From: Acidobacteriota bacterium
Lineage (GTDB): Bacteria > Acidobacteriota > Terriglobia > Terriglobales > SCQP01
DNA: 64,000 nt
Direction of reading: 5' to 3'
Assembly: GCA_021826505.1 (NCBI GenBank)
Contig: JAKAZV010000003.1
Location: forward strand, 643 to 64,642
The translations under genes were made by a program, and so were the position numbers. Below, piece after piece: positions 50,817 to 59,709 of this stretch (positions within the stretch are counted from its first letter, which is position 1; every line of letters begins with the position of its first letter). The notes under the pieces are model-generated. The model was not told the DNA's origin. It saw only the letters and a program-made list of their open reading frames with translations, and did no database searches.

Positions 50817-51398
50817 ATGAAATTGTCTTCCACCTTCGTTTCCCTCGCCCTGGGCGCCCTGCTGAGCGCCGGCGCCATGGCCCAGACCACGCCCGCCGCG
50901 CCCGCGGTGCCCAAAATTGGCCTGGTCAACATCCAGTACGCCATCGTGAACTGCGATCAGGGCAAGGCTAAATTTGCCCAGCTCAAGGCGCGGTTCACCC
51001 CCCGCAGCAACCAGCTCAAGGCGGAAAATGCTCAAATTCAGGCATTGCAGAAAAAGCTGCAGGATGGCGCCGACACCTTAAGCGCCGCGGCCAAGCAGCA
51101 GCTCTCCAGCCAGATCAGCCGCGGCGAGCGGCGGCTGCAGCGCCGGGCGCGCGAGGCGCAGACCGACTTTCAAAGCGCCCAGACCGTGATCATCAACTCC
51201 ATCGGCCGGAAAATGTCGGCCCTGCTGAACCAGTATGCAAAGCAGCATGGCTACACGTTCGTTTTCGACCGCAGCTTGCCCTGGCCCCGCAATCCCATTC
51301 TATTTGCCGCGCCCGGAGTGGGCCTGACCAGGAAATTGATTGCCGAATACAACGTGAAATATCCGGTCAAGACAGCGGCCGCTCCCGCCAAGCCCTGA
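50817..51398 (+). CDS. OmpH/Skp-family periplasmic chaperone
   Basis: Signal peptide, a coiled-coil-rich 193-aa protein, located immediately after bamA. GGAG RBS. Confidence 0.8.
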   Translation: MKLSSTFVSLALGALLSAGAMAQTTPAAPAVPKIGLVNIQYAIVNCDQGKAKFAQLKARFTPRSNQLKAENAQIQALQKKLQDGADTLSAAAKQQLSSQISRGERRLQRRAREAQTDFQSAQTVIINSIGRKMSALLNQYAKQHGYTFVFDRSLPWPRNPILFAAPGVGLTRKLIAEYNVKYPVKTAAAPAKP

Positions 51399-51419
51399 GC
51401 CGTCCAGGCGCTTCGCCCT

Positions 51420-52562
51420 TCAGTTGCTGGCTCGGGCTTCCCGGGCCCGCGACAATACTGCCGTGCGCAGCGCCGGATGCCCTTCCAGCGGCTGCGCCAG
51501 ATGGATGGCAAGCTGCGGATAATTTTTCCGCAGCCGGCCGACATCTTCCGGGATATCGCGGGTGACATGCAGGCCTGAAGCGAGAAAATACGGCATGACG
51601 ATGACTTCTTTCAAGCCGTCATGCAGCGCTTTTACCACCATTTCCTCCAGCGTCGGCCGGGCCGGCTCCAGATAGGCTGCCTGGCGCCAGTGGTAAGCAC
51701 CGCTCAGATCCTCCAGCAGCCGGTGCATGCTGGCTTCCCAGGAGCCCAGCGGCGAGCCATGCGAGAGCAGAATCAGCCCGGGCCGGGGCACGTCGGACGG
51801 CGCATGCACAGCCGGCGGCCGGCCCAGCAGTTTTGCCCGCAGCTTGACCACCTCGCCCACAACGATCAAAACCGGTGAGCGCAGTTCCGCCGCCGCGGCG
51901 GCTTGCGCCAGTTCCTGCAGCGGGGCTTCAAGGATCCGCTCGTTTTTCAGGCTGCCGTTTTCGATGGCGATGGCCGGAGTGTCGCCGGCCCGGCCCGAAA
52001 GAATCAGCTGTTGCGTCCACTCCTCCAGATTAGCCAGGCCCATGAAAATCACCAGGGTATCCGCCTGGGGCAGGGGCGGGGCGTCGCCTTCCCGCGCATG
52101 TCCGCTGGCGAAGGCCACGCTGGCGGCAATGCCGCGATGAGTCAGGGGAATATGCGCCAGCTCCGGCAGGGCCAGCCCGGCGCTGAGCCCCGGCGCCAGT
52201 TCCCAGCGGACTCCCGCCGCGCTGAGCGCTTCCGCTTCCTCTCCCCCACGGCCAAAAATGAACGGATCGCCGCCTTTCAGCCGTACCGTGCATTTTCCCT
52301 GCCGCGCCCGCTCCACCAGCCAGGAAATGATCTCCGCCTGCGGCGCGGCATGACAGCCGGCGCGCTTCCCCACATAGAGCCGTTCCGCCTTCGCCGGGGC
52401 CAGATCCAGAATGGGTTTCTGGATCAGCTCGTCGTAAAGAACAGCGTCGGCGCGGCTCAGGATCCGGGCCGCACGCACCGTCAGCAACTCGGGATCACCC
52501 GGCCCCGCGCCCAGCAGATAGACGCAGCCCATTTTCACGGGCTCGGTTTCAGTCTTGGCCAT
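51420..52562 (-). CDS. Uroporphyrinogen-III C-methyltransferase fused to a CbiX-type sirohydrochlorin chelatase domain
   Basis: N-terminus VYLLGAGPGDPELLTVRAARIL...VRLKGGDPFIFGRGGEE (SUMT). C-terminus LILLSHGSPL...VMPYFLASGLHV (CbiX-like). Confidence 0.7.
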   Translation of the reverse strand: MAKTETEPVKMGCVYLLGAGPGDPELLTVRAARILSRADAVLYDELIQKPILDLAPAKAERLYVGKRAGCHAAPQAEIISWLVERARQGKCTVRLKGGDPFIFGRGGEEAEALSAAGVRWELAPGLSAGLALPELAHIPLTHRGIAASVAFASGHAREGDAPPLPQADTLVIFMGLANLEEWTQQLILSGRAGDTPAIAIENGSLKNERILEAPLQELAQAAAAAELRSPVLIVVGEVVKLRAKLLGRPPAVHAPSDVPRPGLILLSHGSPLGSWEASMHRLLEDLSGAYHWRQAAYLEPARPTLEEMVVKALHDGLKEVIVMPYFLASGLHVTRDIPEDVGRLRKNYPQLAIHLAQPLEGHPALRTAVLSRAREARASN

Positions 52563-52639
52563 AGATAATTTTAAATGGTCTTTCGCCGGGAAAAGCGGCT
52601 GCTCCGTCCCTCCTGTATTCTGTATTCTGAGGGTTCACT

Positions 52640-53602
52640 ATGGAATTGCGTCAACTTGGCCAAAGCGATCTGCGCATCACCCCGGTGGGTTTCGGCACCT
52701 GGGCCATCGGCGGAGCGGGCTGGCGGTTTTCCTGGGGCCCGACCGACGATCAGGAATCCGTCAGCGCCATTCACCGCGCCCTGGACCTGGGCATCAACTG
52801 GATTGACACGGCCGCGGTGTACGGCCTTGGCCATTCGGAAGAAATAGTGGCCCAGGCCCTGGCGGGCCGCGCATCGCGCCCCTATGTTTTTACAAAATGC
52901 GGGCGCACCGCGGATGAAAACGGCAACATCGGCGGCGCCCTGAAGGCCGCTTCCATCCGCCGCGAATGTGAAGCCAGCCTGCGCCGCCTGGGCTGCGATG
53001 TCATTGATCTCTACCAGATGCACTGGCCCGATCCGGACGAGGATATTGAAGAAGGCTGGACGGCGATGGCCGAACTGCAGGCCGCCGGCAAAGTCCGCTG
53101 GATCGGCGTCTCCAATTTCAACGCCGCGCAACTGGAGCGTGCCCGCCGCATTGCCCCCATCACCTCGCTGCAGCCGCCCTATTCCATGCTCCGCCGCGGC
53201 ATTGAAGCGGAAATTCTGCCCTATTGCCAGCGGCACGGCATCGGCGTCATCGTCTATTCGCCCATGCTCTCCGGCATGCTGGCCGGCGGCATGACGGCCG
53301 CGCGCGCGGCCCAGCTTCCGGCCAGCGACTGGCGCCGCAACAACAAGGAATTTCAGGAACCGCGCCTGGCCCGCAATCTGGCCCTGGTGGAGGAGCTTCG
53401 CGCCGTGGGCGCGCGGCATCATCGCGCGCCCGGCGAAGTCGCCATCGCCTGGACGCTGCGCCACTCCGCCGTGACCGGCGCCATCGTGGGCGCCCGCCGT
53501 CCCGCCCAGATCGAAGCCCTGGCCGGGGCTCTCGATTTTCGCCTCACGGACGCGGATTTCAAGGTGATTGACGCAGCGCTGGCGCGCAATGCCCAGGCTT
53601 GA
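52640..53602 (+). CDS. Aldo/keto reductase
   Basis: GFGTWAIGG, LDLGINWIDTAAVYGLGHSEE, IDLYQMHWPD and IGVSNF. Confidence 0.85.
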   Translation: MELRQLGQSDLRITPVGFGTWAIGGAGWRFSWGPTDDQESVSAIHRALDLGINWIDTAAVYGLGHSEEIVAQALAGRASRPYVFTKCGRTADENGNIGGALKAASIRRECEASLRRLGCDVIDLYQMHWPDPDEDIEEGWTAMAELQAAGKVRWIGVSNFNAAQLERARRIAPITSLQPPYSMLRRGIEAEILPYCQRHGIGVIVYSPMLSGMLAGGMTAARAAQLPASDWRRNNKEFQEPRLARNLALVEELRAVGARHHRAPGEVAIAWTLRHSAVTGAIVGARRPAQIEALAGALDFRLTDADFKVIDAALARNAQA

Positions 53603-54077
53603 TCTCAGCCCTGGCAAATATCGTCACGTGCGGCGGCTTTGCCGCATCTCACCCCCCGTGCGGCATCACGCCCAACCCGGACTGCATCGTTTGATTCCGG
53701 TTTGCCTGGCGTTATTGCTTGCCATTCCAGTTCTGAATTTTCCCGCATCCTGCCCCGGTTCACCGGCTTTGCCCGCCTGCTGCCGTCATGGCAGCTGTCC
53801 CATGCGCGCGGCCGGCGCTGCCATGGCATCTGCCATGGCCGGCATGTCTATGCCGCATCGCTGTTCGGGAGCGGCCTGCGCCTGTTCCTTCCGTTCCCGG
53901 CCCGCCGTTGCGGGGACGGCAGTTTCAACTCCGCGGTTAAGCCCGCATCCTTTGGCCCGATTTCGCCCGGCCCGTCTGGGTTGGGTGGCTCCATTTTCAC
54001 CTGCCTGGCGGGCATATCCGCCGCTTTCCTTGCCCCCTCGCCCTCCTCGCCCCGCGCCGGCTATTCATCTCTTTTAG
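53568..54077 (+). CDS. Putative secreted Cys/Met/His-rich protein (hypothetical)
   Basis: The ORF has a signal-like helix LIPVCLALLLAIPVL followed by PACCRHGSCPM...AMASAMAGMSMPHRCSGAACAC. The start codon is uncertain. It lies directly upstream of a TonB-dependent receptor gene. Confidence 0.3.
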   Translation: MTQRWRAMPRLDLSPGKYRHVRRLCRISPPVRHHAQPGLHRLIPVCLALLLAIPVLNFPASCPGSPALPACCRHGSCPMRAAGAAMASAMAGMSMPHRCSGAACACSFRSRPAVAGTAVSTPRLSPHPLARFRPARLGWVAPFSPAWRAYPPLSLPPRPPRPAPAIHLF

Positions 54078-54109
54078 CCACTGATGCGGCGGCATGCATT
54101 GTCGCCGAG

Positions 54110-54232
54110 GCGAAGGGAGAAGCGAGCAGAGCAAGGCATGAGGAGCGAGGCAGCCGGAATGTACATGGAAGTACATGAGGATTGCCGAGCGACGAATAAC
54201 GAAGCTATGCGATGTTTATCCCTTCGCTCTCC
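54110..54232 (+). repeat. 123-bp interspersed repeat, copy A (REP/MITE-like)
   Basis: Ungapped alignment to 56524-56646 gives 111/123 identities by hand count. The ends can pair (GCGAAGGGA ... TCCCTTCGC). There is an internal GTACATG-N3-GTACATG. Confidence 0.8.
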
Positions 54233-54244
54233 AAAGGGCAGGGT

Positions 54245-56461
54245 ATGCGTGTTTCCGGCCGTTTATTTCAGACGTTATTGTTTCTAATCATCCTCGCGCC
54301 GGCAGTGGCGTTCAGTCAGGGATTGCCGGTGCGCGGCATTGTTCATGATCGCGATCACCGGCCCATTCCGCATGCCCGGGTGAGCTTGCGCAGACGCCAG
54401 TTCAGGCGCGCCACGCGCGCCAATGCGGTGGGTGAATTTCGCTTTTCCGCCGTTCCGGCCGGCGAATACCAGCTTGCGGCCCAGGCCTCCGGCTTTCAAG
54501 CCAGCGCAGTATCCATTCGCGTTCGTCCCGGCCGCAATCCCATTTTTCATCTCATGCTCCAGATCCGGAGCCAGACGCAGCAGATTACGGTGACCGCCCG
54601 GGCCGCCCGGCTTCATACCACCACTTCGACCACGCAGACCGAGATCACGCGCCGCCGGATTGAGCATACGCCCGGCGCCGATTCCGCCGACAGCCTGGCC
54701 ATGGTCACCGATTATGTTCCCGGCGCCTATGTCGTGCACGACATGCTGCATCTGCGCGGCGGGCATCAGCAGGCCTGGTTTGTGGATGGCGTTCCCGTGC
54801 TCAACACCAATATTGCCAGCAACGTCGGCGCCGTCATCAATCCCAACAATATTGATCAGCTTCAGGTTCAGTCCGGCGGCTATTCCGCCGCCCACGACGA
54901 TCGCGGGTTTGGCCTCTTTAATGTCATTACCCCTTCCGGCTTCAACCAGGCGCATCAGGCGCAGCTCATCGCTTCCTACGGCAACTACCGGCAAACCAAC
55001 GATCAGCTCAGCTTCGGCAATCACACCGATACGCATGCCTGGTATGCCAGCCTGGACGGGAATTTTTCCCGTTTGGGCCTGTACCCGCCGGTCGCCGCGG
55101 TTTTGCATGATCAAGCCGCGGGCCTGGGGGCGTTTCTATCGTGGATTGATAATGCCTCGGTGCGGGACCAATATCGCGCGGTGGTCTCGCTGCAGGCGAG
55201 CAATGATCAGATCCCCAATACCTATGCCCAGCAGTCGGCCGGCATTGCCGACCGCGATCTCGAGCGGGACAATCTGCTCGGCTTGACCTGGACCCACACC
55301 GTGCCCTCCGGCGCGGTTTTCACGCTGGCGCCGTTTTACCACTTCAATCAGGCGGACTATCTCGGGGGACCTCGGGACACGCCGTTCATTCTGAACGACA
55401 ACCGCCGCTCCAATTATTACGGCGTTAATGCGAGCGGGCAAATCCCCTGGCGCGGCAATCAGATCGGCGCGGGCGCCTTTCTGTGGGGCGAGCATGACGA
55501 TACTTTTTTCGGCCTGACGCAGAACCCGGGCGCCGTAATCGTCACGCAGCCGTTCGCCTCTTCCGCCGATTCCGAGGAAGGCTGGGCCGAGGCCAGCCGC
55601 CGCGTCCTGCCCTGGCTCAATCTCAATGGCGGCCTGCATTTCACCCGTTATGCCGGACTGATTCATGAAACCGCCTGGGATCCCCGCGCCGGCGCGGCCG
55701 TGAATCTGCCCTTTGTGCCCTGGATCCTGCACGGCTATTACGCCGCCTATTATCAGCCGCCGCCGCTGGATACCATTTCAGGTCCGCTGCTCGGCTTCAG
55801 CCGCCGGCAGGGCTATGGATTTATTCCGCTTCATGGCGAAACTGACCGGCAGTGGGATATCGGCCTGACCATGCCGCTTACCGGATGGCTGCAAGGCTGG
55901 AGCCTGGACCTCGACCGCTTTGCCACGCATTCCGCCAATTTTCTCGATCACGATGAAATCGGCAATTCCGATATTTTTCTGCCGCTCACCGATGCCGCCG
56001 CCCGCATCCGGGGCACCGAAGCCAGCCTGCGCACGTCCACACTCTGGCATTGGCTCCGCCTCAATCTGGTTTATTCCAATCAGATCGCCCAGGCCCGGGG
56101 ACCCGTCACGGGAGGTCTGCTCGAGTTCGTGTCCGCGGGCTATTTCTATCTCGATCACGACCAGCGCAACACCTTGAACGCGGTGCTGACCTCACGCCTG
56201 CCATTCCGCGCCTGGGCCGCGCTTTCCGCGAATTACGGATCCGGTTTTGTCAACGGCAACGGCCCCGCGCATCTGCCCGCCAACTCCATCTGGGGCCTGG
56301 CCGCGGGCAAAAACTGGACGGATTCCCTGGCCACCAGTGTGAATGTGACAAATCTGACGAATGCCTCATATCTGCTCGACAACAGCAATACGTTTGGCGG
56401 CACGCACTGGCAATTGCCCCGCCAGTTTTATTTTGAGCTGCGCTGGCGCCTGCATTATTGA
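54245..56461 (+). CDS. TonB-dependent receptor with N-terminal carboxypeptidase-regulatory-like domain
   Basis: Signal peptide MRVSGRLFQTLLFLIILAPAVAFSQ, CarboxypepD_reg-like GIVHDRDHRPIPHARVSL...GEYQL, a plug, and a long beta-barrel ending RWRLHY. The track start at 54212 lies inside repeat copy A. Confidence 0.8.
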   Translation: MRVSGRLFQTLLFLIILAPAVAFSQGLPVRGIVHDRDHRPIPHARVSLRRRQFRRATRANAVGEFRFSAVPAGEYQLAAQASGFQASAVSIRVRPGRNPIFHLMLQIRSQTQQITVTARAARLHTTTSTTQTEITRRRIEHTPGADSADSLAMVTDYVPGAYVVHDMLHLRGGHQQAWFVDGVPVLNTNIASNVGAVINPNNIDQLQVQSGGYSAAHDDRGFGLFNVITPSGFNQAHQAQLIASYGNYRQTNDQLSFGNHTDTHAWYASLDGNFSRLGLYPPVAAVLHDQAAGLGAFLSWIDNASVRDQYRAVVSLQASNDQIPNTYAQQSAGIADRDLERDNLLGLTWTHTVPSGAVFTLAPFYHFNQADYLGGPRDTPFILNDNRRSNYYGVNASGQIPWRGNQIGAGAFLWGEHDDTFFGLTQNPGAVIVTQPFASSADSEEGWAEASRRVLPWLNLNGGLHFTRYAGLIHETAWDPRAGAAVNLPFVPWILHGYYAAYYQPPPLDTISGPLLGFSRRQGYGFIPLHGETDRQWDIGLTMPLTGWLQGWSLDLDRFATHSANFLDHDEIGNSDIFLPLTDAAARIRGTEASLRTSTLWHWLRLNLVYSNQIAQARGPVTGGLLEFVSAGYFYLDHDQRNTLNAVLTSRLPFRAWAALSANYGSGFVNGNGPAHLPANSIWGLAAGKNWTDSLATSVNVTNLTNASYLLDNSNTFGGTHWQLPRQFYFELRWRLHY

Positions 56462-56523
56462 GATTTTAAATTGAGATCCGGGCTTCCTATTAATTTCAGG
56501 TCTCCGTTATCGAAAGCGTCGAA

Positions 56524-56646
56524 GCGAAGGGAGAAGCGAGCAGAGCAAGGCGTGAGGAGCGAGGCAACCGGAGTGTACATGAATGTACATGAGGATTGCT
56601 GAGCGACGAGCAACGCAGCTATGCGACGCTTATCCCTTCGCCCTCC
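56524..56646 (+). repeat. 123-bp interspersed repeat, copy B
   Basis: About 90% identical to 54110-54232, same orientation. It overlaps the last 9 codons and the stop of the convergent MscS-like gene. Confidence 0.8.
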
Positions 56647-57713
56647 ACTTTTCCGGGCAGTTCCACGCGGGTGCGCGGCAGCGCCTGGGGATAATTTTTT
56701 TGCAGATAAGCGATCAACTGTTCCCGCACATAACAGCGCAAATCCCAGGCCTTGCCGGAATCAGCCGCGCTGACCAGAACCCGCAGCTGCATCGTCTGCT
56801 CCCTGGCGTCGGTGACCTGCAGGTTCCAGACTTTGCCGTCCCACAGCGGCGTGGTTTTCAAGATCGCATGCACCTGCTGCCGCAGCTCCTCCACCGGCAA
56901 GGTGTAATCGGCATAGATATATAAATGGCCGAGCAGATTGGCGGTGTTGCGGGTCCAGTTCTGAAACGGCTTTTCGATAAAGTACGACAGCGGCACGACC
57001 AGCCGCCGCAGGTCCCAGATGCGCACCACCACATAGGTGGTATGAATTTCCTCAATCCAGCCCCATTCGCCCTCCACGATCACGACGTCTTCAATCCGCA
57101 TCGGCTCGGTGAAGGCGATCTGGATGCCGGCGATCAGGCTGGCCAGCGTGGGCCGCGCCGCCATGCCGGCGATCAGCCCCACCAGCCCGGCGGAGGCAAA
57201 CAGCCCGTCGCCGATCTGCCGCACCGCCGGCACCGTCATCAGGGCAATGCCCAGCGTGATGAGCCCGATGATGACGCCCAGAATCTGCCGCACCAGATGC
57301 AGTTGGGTCTGCACCCTGCGGGCCCGCAGATTATCCTGGGTTTCAATGCGGAAGCGGTGGTTGAGCAGATCCTCGGCCACATACAGCGCCGCCACCATCA
57401 GCCAGCCCAGCACGCCGATCAAGGCGAAACCCAGAACATGCGCCGTGAGGATGCGCGCCTGATTCGATGCCGGCAGCCCCGGCAAGACCGCCGAAACCGC
57501 CAGAATCGGCAGCAGCCATTGCAGCGGCCGGCGGATATGGCGCAGGGCGGTATGGGCCGGATCGCCGCCCCGCCTGCGGGCGATGCGCGCCGCCAGCCCG
57601 AACAGAACCCGCAGCGCGATTTCGGCGATGAGCAGCGCCACCGCCAGGCTGATCGCGCCGTAGAGCCACGCCCGCCAATGGACGAATGGGGTGATTGCGG
57701 AAAAATGGGGCAT
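56619..57713 (-). CDS. Mechanosensitive ion channel family protein (MscS-like)
   Basis: TM helices followed by the MscS beta-domain block FTEPMRIEDVVIVEGEWGWIEEI. Confidence 0.8.
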   Translation of the reverse strand: MPHFSAITPFVHWRAWLYGAISLAVALLIAEIALRVLFGLAARIARRRGGDPAHTALRHIRRPLQWLLPILAVSAVLPGLPASNQARILTAHVLGFALIGVLGWLMVAALYVAEDLLNHRFRIETQDNLRARRVQTQLHLVRQILGVIIGLITLGIALMTVPAVRQIGDGLFASAGLVGLIAGMAARPTLASLIAGIQIAFTEPMRIEDVVIVEGEWGWIEEIHTTYVVVRIWDLRRLVVPLSYFIEKPFQNWTRNTANLLGHLYIYADYTLPVEELRQQVHAILKTTPLWDGKVWNLQVTDAREQTMQLRVLVSAADSGKAWDLRCYVREQLIAYLQKNYPQALPRTRVELPGKVEGEGISVA

Positions 57714-57816
57714 GTTTCCAAAATACTACCAGCGCTCACGGCCGCGCTGTGCGGCAGCTCAAGCGCCGGTTCACCGTCCGATTGTCCGGTCACAAAATAA
57801 AAGCGGCTGCGCCGTC

Positions 57817-57844
57817 TTGACATTCAGCATCCGGGTTGTACATT
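57817..57844 (+). promoter_or_regulatory. Candidate sigma70-type promoter upstream of the DHH gene
   Basis: TTGACA (57817-57822), a 16-nt spacer, then TACATT (57839-57844), about 45 nt upstream of the ATG at 57890. Confidence 0.3.
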
Positions 57845-57889
57845 CTATTAGCTTTGCTATCGCAGTGCGCGGGTTGAGGTTGCGGGTTC

Positions 57890-58864
57890 ATGTCTTCGGT
57901 GCGGGTTTTTTTTCACGATAAATGCTTCGACGGCTCGACTTCGGCCGCCGTCTTTACGGCGTTTTACCATGCCTGCATCGCGCCCACCGCGCAATTTGAT
58001 TACCGCGGGGTTTCCCATAAAGTCGGGGAATTATTCGCGCCCGAAGATTTTGCCGGCCAGGAAAACGCGATCGTGGACTTCAAGTACAGCTCCGATCCGC
58101 GCGTGACCTGGTGGTTTGATCATCATCAAAGCGCGTTTCTGACTCCGGCCGACGCGGCTCATTTCCGCCAGGACCGCGGAGGCAAAAAATTCTACGATCC
58201 GCATTACCGCTCCTGCACGGCTTTTATCGCCCATATTGCCCGCACGCGCTTCGATTTCGATTCCGCGCCGCTGGCCGAGCTGATCCAATGGGCCGATATC
58301 GTGGACGGGGCGCTCTTTGAGAGCGCGCAGGCCGCGGTCGAGTTGCGCTCGCCGGCGCTGCAGCTGACTCTGGCCGTGGAAGGCGCCAATACCCCCGGCT
58401 TCATTCCCCGGCTCATCCACGACTACCAGCATTTGTCCCTGCGGCAGATTCTGGACCAGAACTACGTGCAGGCCGAGCTGCAGCCGCTGCTGGCGCGCCA
58501 CCGCCAGGCCATTGATTTGCTGAGCGGCTTGCTGGAATGCCGTGATGGCGTCATTACCTTCGATTTAACCGCCCAGGCCATTGACGGCTACAACAAATTC
58601 ATTCCCTATTATCTTTGCCCCAAGGGCATCTACAGCGTCGGCATCAGCTGCGGCTCTTTCCGCACCAAAGTTTCCGTCGGCTCCAACCCCTGGCAGCCTT
58701 CCGAGCACATGGTGAACCTGGCCGATCTGTGCGAACGCTACGGCGGCGGCGGCCATCCTCGCGTCGGCGCCATCTCGTTTCCGCCCGGCGAAGTCGAGGC
58801 GGCGCGCCAGGCCGCCGCCGAAATCACCGCCGAACTGCGCCAGGCCGCCGCGCGCATCCGTTAA
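57890..58864 (+). CDS. DHH/DHHA1-family phosphoesterase (NrnB-like architecture)
   Basis: FFHDKCFDGSTSAA (motif I-like), WWFDHHQSAF (DHH) and the C-terminal GGGGHPRVGA (DHHA1 GGGH). Confidence 0.7.
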   Translation: MSSVRVFFHDKCFDGSTSAAVFTAFYHACIAPTAQFDYRGVSHKVGELFAPEDFAGQENAIVDFKYSSDPRVTWWFDHHQSAFLTPADAAHFRQDRGGKKFYDPHYRSCTAFIAHIARTRFDFDSAPLAELIQWADIVDGALFESAQAAVELRSPALQLTLAVEGANTPGFIPRLIHDYQHLSLRQILDQNYVQAELQPLLARHRQAIDLLSGLLECRDGVITFDLTAQAIDGYNKFIPYYLCPKGIYSVGISCGSFRTKVSVGSNPWQPSEHMVNLADLCERYGGGGHPRVGAISFPPGEVEAARQAAAEITAELRQAAARIR

Positions 58865-58911
58865 GCTGATCTCACCGGATCAATGCGGTGGCGCCCCTGG
58901 GTGTGTTCAAA

Positions 58912-58938
58912 TGGCTGAGAATGAAGCTATGCGATGCT
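58912..58938 (+). repeat. Partial third copy of the 123-bp repeat (3' portion)
   Basis: The 14-mer GAAGCTATGCGATG (58923-58936) is identical to 54201-54214. Flanking GCTGAG...AAT also aligns with a short gap. Confidence 0.45.
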
Positions 58939-58960
58939 GATTGGCAGGCAGGAGATAATT

Positions 58961-59695
58961 GTGCGGAACGATCTGCGCGCCCCGGATCAACTGCGTCCCG
59001 TGCGCATTGAACCCAACTTTTTGCCCACCGCCGAAGGCTCGACCCTGATTGCGGCCGGCCATACGCGCGTGATCTGCACGGTCAGCATCGAATCGGGTGT
59101 GCCGGCCTTTTTAAAAGGCCGGGGCCAGGGCTGGCTGACGGCCGAATACGCCATGCTGCCGCGTTCGACCCTGACCCGCTCCCCGCGCGAGTCCAGCAAA
59201 GGGCGCGTCGGCGGCCGCACCCACGAAATTCAGCGCCTCATCGGCCGTTCTCTGCGCGCCATGCTCGATTTTTCAGCTTTGGGCGAGCGCACCCTGATGG
59301 TGGACTGCGACGTCATACAGGCCGACGGAGGCACCCGCACGGCCTCCATTACCGGTGCCTGCGTCGCCCTGCATCTGGCCCTCGCCGCCATGGTGGCGAG
59401 CGGAGCGCTGCAGCGACTGCCCTTGCGCGGCCTGGTGGCCGCCGTCAGCGTGGGGCAGGTGGATGGCCAGCCCCTGCTCGACCTGAACTACGAGGAAGAC
59501 TCGCGCGCCGATGTGGATATGAACGTGGTGATGACCGGTGCGGGCGAATTCATCGAGTTCCAGGCCACCGCCGAACGCCAGCCTTTTCCCGAGTCCGCCT
59601 GGCAAGCCATGCTCGGCCTGGCCCGCGGCGGCATCAGCCAGCTTTTGGCCGAGCAGCGCCGGGCCTTGCACTCGGCCGGCGTGACCGTGGCTTGA
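58961..59695 (+). CDS. rph: Ribonuclease PH
   Basis: [37 protein letters not shown] and [19 protein letters not shown] start preceded by GGAGA; the track ATG at 58934 lies inside the repeat fragment. Confidence 0.9.
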   Translation: MRNDLRAPDQLRPVRIEPNFLPTAEGSTLIAAGHTRVICTVSIESGVPAFLKGRGQGWLTAEYAMLPRSTLTRSPRESSKGRVGGRTHEIQRLIGRSLRAMLDFSALGERTLMVDCDVIQADGGTRTASITGACVALHLALAAMVASGALQRLPLRGLVAAVSVGQVDGQPLLDLNYEEDSRADVDMNVVMTGAGEFIEFQATAERQPFPESAWQAMLGLARGGISQLLAEQRRALHSAGVTVA

Positions 59696-59709
59696 ATGAA
59701 CCAAATCCT

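Noticed and set aside
54084-54287. A 67-aa ORF spanning repeat copy A, plus the upstream ATG starts at 54212 and 58934.
   Set aside because: The equivalent frame in copy B contains an in-frame stop, so the repeat is not conserved as coding sequence. These ATGs lie inside the repeat. Downstream starts with signal-peptide or RBS support (54245, 58961) are preferred.
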